Shown here: positions 17,730 through 20,000 of the stretch, piece by piece
How the letters are laid out: every line of letters starts with the position of its first letter
How positions within the stretch are numbered: position 1 is the stretch's first letter
Source: an uncultured virus (IMG/VR IMGVR_UViG_3300018428_002561)
Lineage: Duplodnaviria; Heunggongvirae; Uroviricota; Caudoviricetes
Virus record (IMG/VR): IMGVR_UViG_3300018428_002561
Direction: 5' to 3' (one strand)
Length of the DNA stretch: 20,000 nucleotides
Notes under the pieces: model-generated
Databases searched by the model: none
Told to the model about the DNA's origin: nothing
What the model saw: the letters and a program-made list of their open reading frames with translations, nothing else
Program-made: the position numbers and the translations under genes

Positions 17730-18757
17730 TGGCTAATTTAAAAAACACTACAATTAGTGATACTGGTCACTTAACATTACCTGGTGCAGGCGATGGAGTT
17801 CATGAATCGGGTGATATTAGGTATAACGGTAACTTTGGTAGGATAGAAGTTTTTCATGATAAAGATGGAGGCCAGTGGACTAACATGGCTATTCCTTTCC
17901 TAACAAGACAAATTATTACTACAGGATATGTTCATGGCGGGTATGCTAGTAGTGTGGTATGGGACGAAACTAACAGAGTCACATTTGCTACAGATACAAC
18001 TGTTGACTTAGCAGGTAAACAAGAAAGAGGACACAACTACAAAGACAGCATGCACAACAGTGACTTGTGTTGGACTGTAGGAGGAGCAGCTAATGCTCAC
18101 TGTGCAGCAAGTAACGGTATTACTTGCTACAATCATAGAACAGAAAACAATATTACAAGCGGCTACACTAGAACTCATACATGGAGTGCTAATAACATTG
18201 GTATTATACAGCAAGGTTTAACAACAGCATGGATTACAGGCGGTGGTAGTAGTCAAATTAGACGTTTTAACATGATTACTCAAACCCTTGGCTCACAATA
18301 TGGAAACTCAAATACATCAGGCGGTATTTGGGGGATTCAACACGAAAATTACGGTATTTGGTGTACTAATAACCAAGGCTTTAAATGGGCAACAGAAACA
18401 CCATACGGACGTAGTGCTACATCACCACAAGGTGACAAACACCAGCATGCTCTTATGTTTAAGCATGCTAATATGGTTGCTGGACGTGAAGGTAATCCAA
18501 GTTCAAACTGGAGAGAAACAAACTTTTATAGCGATACTACACAGGACGTTATTGGAACAAAAGGTTATTACGGTGGTGAAGAAAACATGGTTGTTGGACA
18601 AGATTGGGGCTATGCTATTGGCTGGTATCAAGGTTCACACGTTGTAAGTAGTGCTAAATTTACATACACTACTAGACAAAGTATTACAGGCGGAGCAAGC
18701 CTTAATGCTAAAGGAGTTAATGGACAAAGTTCAGCAACGATGTCTTGGAGGGATTAA
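17729..18757 (+). CDS. Putative receptor-binding/tip protein with a propeller-like domain (paralog of the upstream C-terminal domain)
   Basis: 342 aa, TAATG overlap with the upstream gene. Starts MANLKNTTISDTGHLTLP; GGY...NR...ATDTTV.L...ER..NY and GEEN...GQD..Y..G motifs are shared with the upstream protein; both end in WRD. Confidence 0.8.
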   Translation: MANLKNTTISDTGHLTLPGAGDGVHESGDIRYNGNFGRIEVFHDKDGGQWTNMAIPFLTRQIITTGYVHGGYASSVVWDETNRVTFATDTTVDLAGKQERGHNYKDSMHNSDLCWTVGGAANAHCAASNGITCYNHRTENNITSGYTRTHTWSANNIGIIQQGLTTAWITGGGSSQIRRFNMITQTLGSQYGNSNTSGGIWGIQHENYGIWCTNNQGFKWATETPYGRSATSPQGDKHQHALMFKHANMVAGREGNPSSNWRETNFYSDTTQDVIGTKGYYGGEENMVVGQDWGYAIGWYQGSHVVSSAKFTYTTRQSITGGASLNAKGVNGQSSATMSWRD

Positions 18758-18760
18758 CTT

Positions 18761-18768
18761 GGTAAATA
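18761..18768 (+). promoter_or_regulatory. Possible degenerate late promoter (GGTAAATA)
   Basis: TAAATA core in the 39-nt AT-rich gap, upstream of the AAGGAG RBS (18785-18790). 6/8 match to TATAAATA. Confidence 0.35.
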
Positions 18769-18796
18769 TTCATATATTATTATCAAGGAGTTTAAT

Positions 18797-19666
18797 ATGA
18801 CAAATGATGTACAAAATGTCGATCGTCGCAAGCAATATATGTCTGATCATAGATATGAGAGCACTGTTAATACAGATGTTTCAATGCTTAACGAACGCGA
18901 AAAGGGTGCAATTAGTTATGCAATTAACAAAGAATGGACTAACCCTAAGTACAAATTAAGATGGTTTGTAGGTCAAGCTCAAATTACACCATACAGTAAA
19001 TTAAGACAATATCTATTAGAAATTAAATCTAAGGAAGAATCAATTGAAAACATCGAATACGAAATTGCAAAGTATGATGTAGAAGTTAGACGTTTTAAAC
19101 GTATGGCTGAAGAAGCTCATGATGAACTAGATAGAGAATTAGCCAGTGTTGAAGCGTGGAATGCAGAACGTAATCATATTATGTCGAAGCGTAGATTGCA
19201 AGATTGGTATTTAGAAAGACAACACTTACTAGATCTTTTACAAGAGTTTTTAGATAGTGACGAAGCACAACTACCAGATGGTAGTGGTCGTACTTATATG
19301 GATGTTTTAAATACAGACGAAGAAGATATTTACGAAGCAGAGTATTGGACTAATAGACTAGCTAAACAAGCAGCTACAGATATGATATTCTATGGACGCA
19401 TTGGTACAGGTAACATGGATGCTATCCTTAGTGTTGGACCTGAACAACAAGCAGACATACTAGCACTAACAATGAATTATAGTACACAATTACAAAATTA
19501 CAATCTTCAACTACAACAAAAAGCAGAAGAAAATCTTAAATTACAATCAAAGTTTGATAATAAAGAACTACTTGCCCCGCAAGATAAATACGATGTAATA
19601 GAAAATCCAAAACCACAAACTAATGGAGGCTCTGAGGAGACAATAAATGACATATATAATGTTTGA
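18797..19666 (+). CDS. Hypothetical alpha-helical / coiled-coil phage protein
   Basis: 289 aa, strong AAGGAG RBS, rich in Glu/Lys/Arg/Leu (QITPYSKLRQYLLEIKSKEESIE...; YWTNRLAKQAATDMIFYGRIGTGNMDAI). Composition differs from the fibre genes. Confidence 0.8.
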   Translation: MTNDVQNVDRRKQYMSDHRYESTVNTDVSMLNEREKGAISYAINKEWTNPKYKLRWFVGQAQITPYSKLRQYLLEIKSKEESIENIEYEIAKYDVEVRRFKRMAEEAHDELDRELASVEAWNAERNHIMSKRRLQDWYLERQHLLDLLQEFLDSDEAQLPDGSGRTYMDVLNTDEEDIYEAEYWTNRLAKQAATDMIFYGRIGTGNMDAILSVGPEQQADILALTMNYSTQLQNYNLQLQQKAEENLKLQSKFDNKELLAPQDKYDVIENPKPQTNGGSEETINDIYNV

Positions 19667-20000
19667 AACAGTGCCTGGTAACGACCCTAGGCTAGTACCA
19701 GAAATTGAAATTATAGGTAGTGACTGGCATTTTAGTTTTGCTAGAATAACTGGCACTCCTATTATTGAATGGTTAAAACCTACTACGATCACAGAAGCAA
19801 TGTTTCATGCAAGACATTTTACTAATGCATTAAACGGCGAAGTTGGTATTATGCGAAAAGTAGATAATCCTTCAGATATCATCCAACCAACAAGTGAAGG
19901 TGATAACGATTATGAAAAGGTTGCCTACAGACTAAATTCTGTTGATGAATCAAATGCTGTGGCACTCTTAAAGGCACAAATGTTAAATTGGGCAGAAAAT
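19647..20000 (+). CDS. Hypothetical protein, 3'-truncated (not in ORF track)
   Basis: GAGGAG at 19634-19639, ATG at 19647, open for 118 codons to the window end (MTYIMFETVPGNDPRLVPEIEIIGSDWHFSFARITG...AQMLNWAEN). Overlaps the upstream gene by 20 nt. Confidence 0.8.
   Translation, partial: MTYIMFETVPGNDPRLVPEIEIIGSDWHFSFARITGTPIIEWLKPTTITEAMFHARHFTNALNGEVGIMRKVDNPSDIIQPTSEGDNDYEKVAYRLNSVDESNAVALLKAQMLNWAEN

Noticed and set aside
1029..19792. Short minus-strand and alternate-frame ORFs in the track (e.g. 4423-4731, 13131-13544, 16006-16785, 18288-18647)
   Set aside because: They overlap long, motif-rich + strand genes and show no recognisable motifs. They are best explained as shadow ORFs from codon bias.
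1..20000. Stop-codon reassignment, tRNAs or intrinsic terminators
   Set aside because: The standard code tiles the window almost completely, gaps are 50 nt or less, and I saw no convincing hairpin-plus-U-tract or cloverleaf.

Overview
AT-rich, gene-dense stretch encoded entirely on the + strand. It reads as a late (virion structural / tail-fibre) region of a large tailed phage, probably T4-like (TATAAATA late-promoter motif, GGAG-type RBSs, TAATG gene overlaps). It holds a 5'-partial small ORF, a 147-aa hypothetical protein and two giant paralogous modular proteins (2000 and 2337 aa). Both giants have seven Trp-rich CBM5/12-like repeats, a pectin-lyase-like beta-helix, an Asp-box/BNR-like propeller and a shared C-terminus. 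After them come a 106-aa protein, a tail fibre with an S74 auto-cleaving chaperone, three receptor-binding-type proteins sharing an N-terminal module (LamG; Gly-rich plus propeller-like; propeller-like), a 289-aa helical protein and a 3'-partial ORF. The most striking signal is in the 2337-aa protein: four helical repeats with a C-x-[RK]-D-[MIV]-G-Y...[YW]-D-[LI]-x-x-G-G motif that aligns without gaps to the bilin-attachment helix (Cys84) of phycobiliproteins. The 2000-aa paralog has only one Cys-less copy but carries an inserted cupredoxin-like H...CxxHxxM module. This suggests a virion fibre possibly decorated with cofactors or pigments. All functional calls come from motifs recognised by eye; no searches were run.
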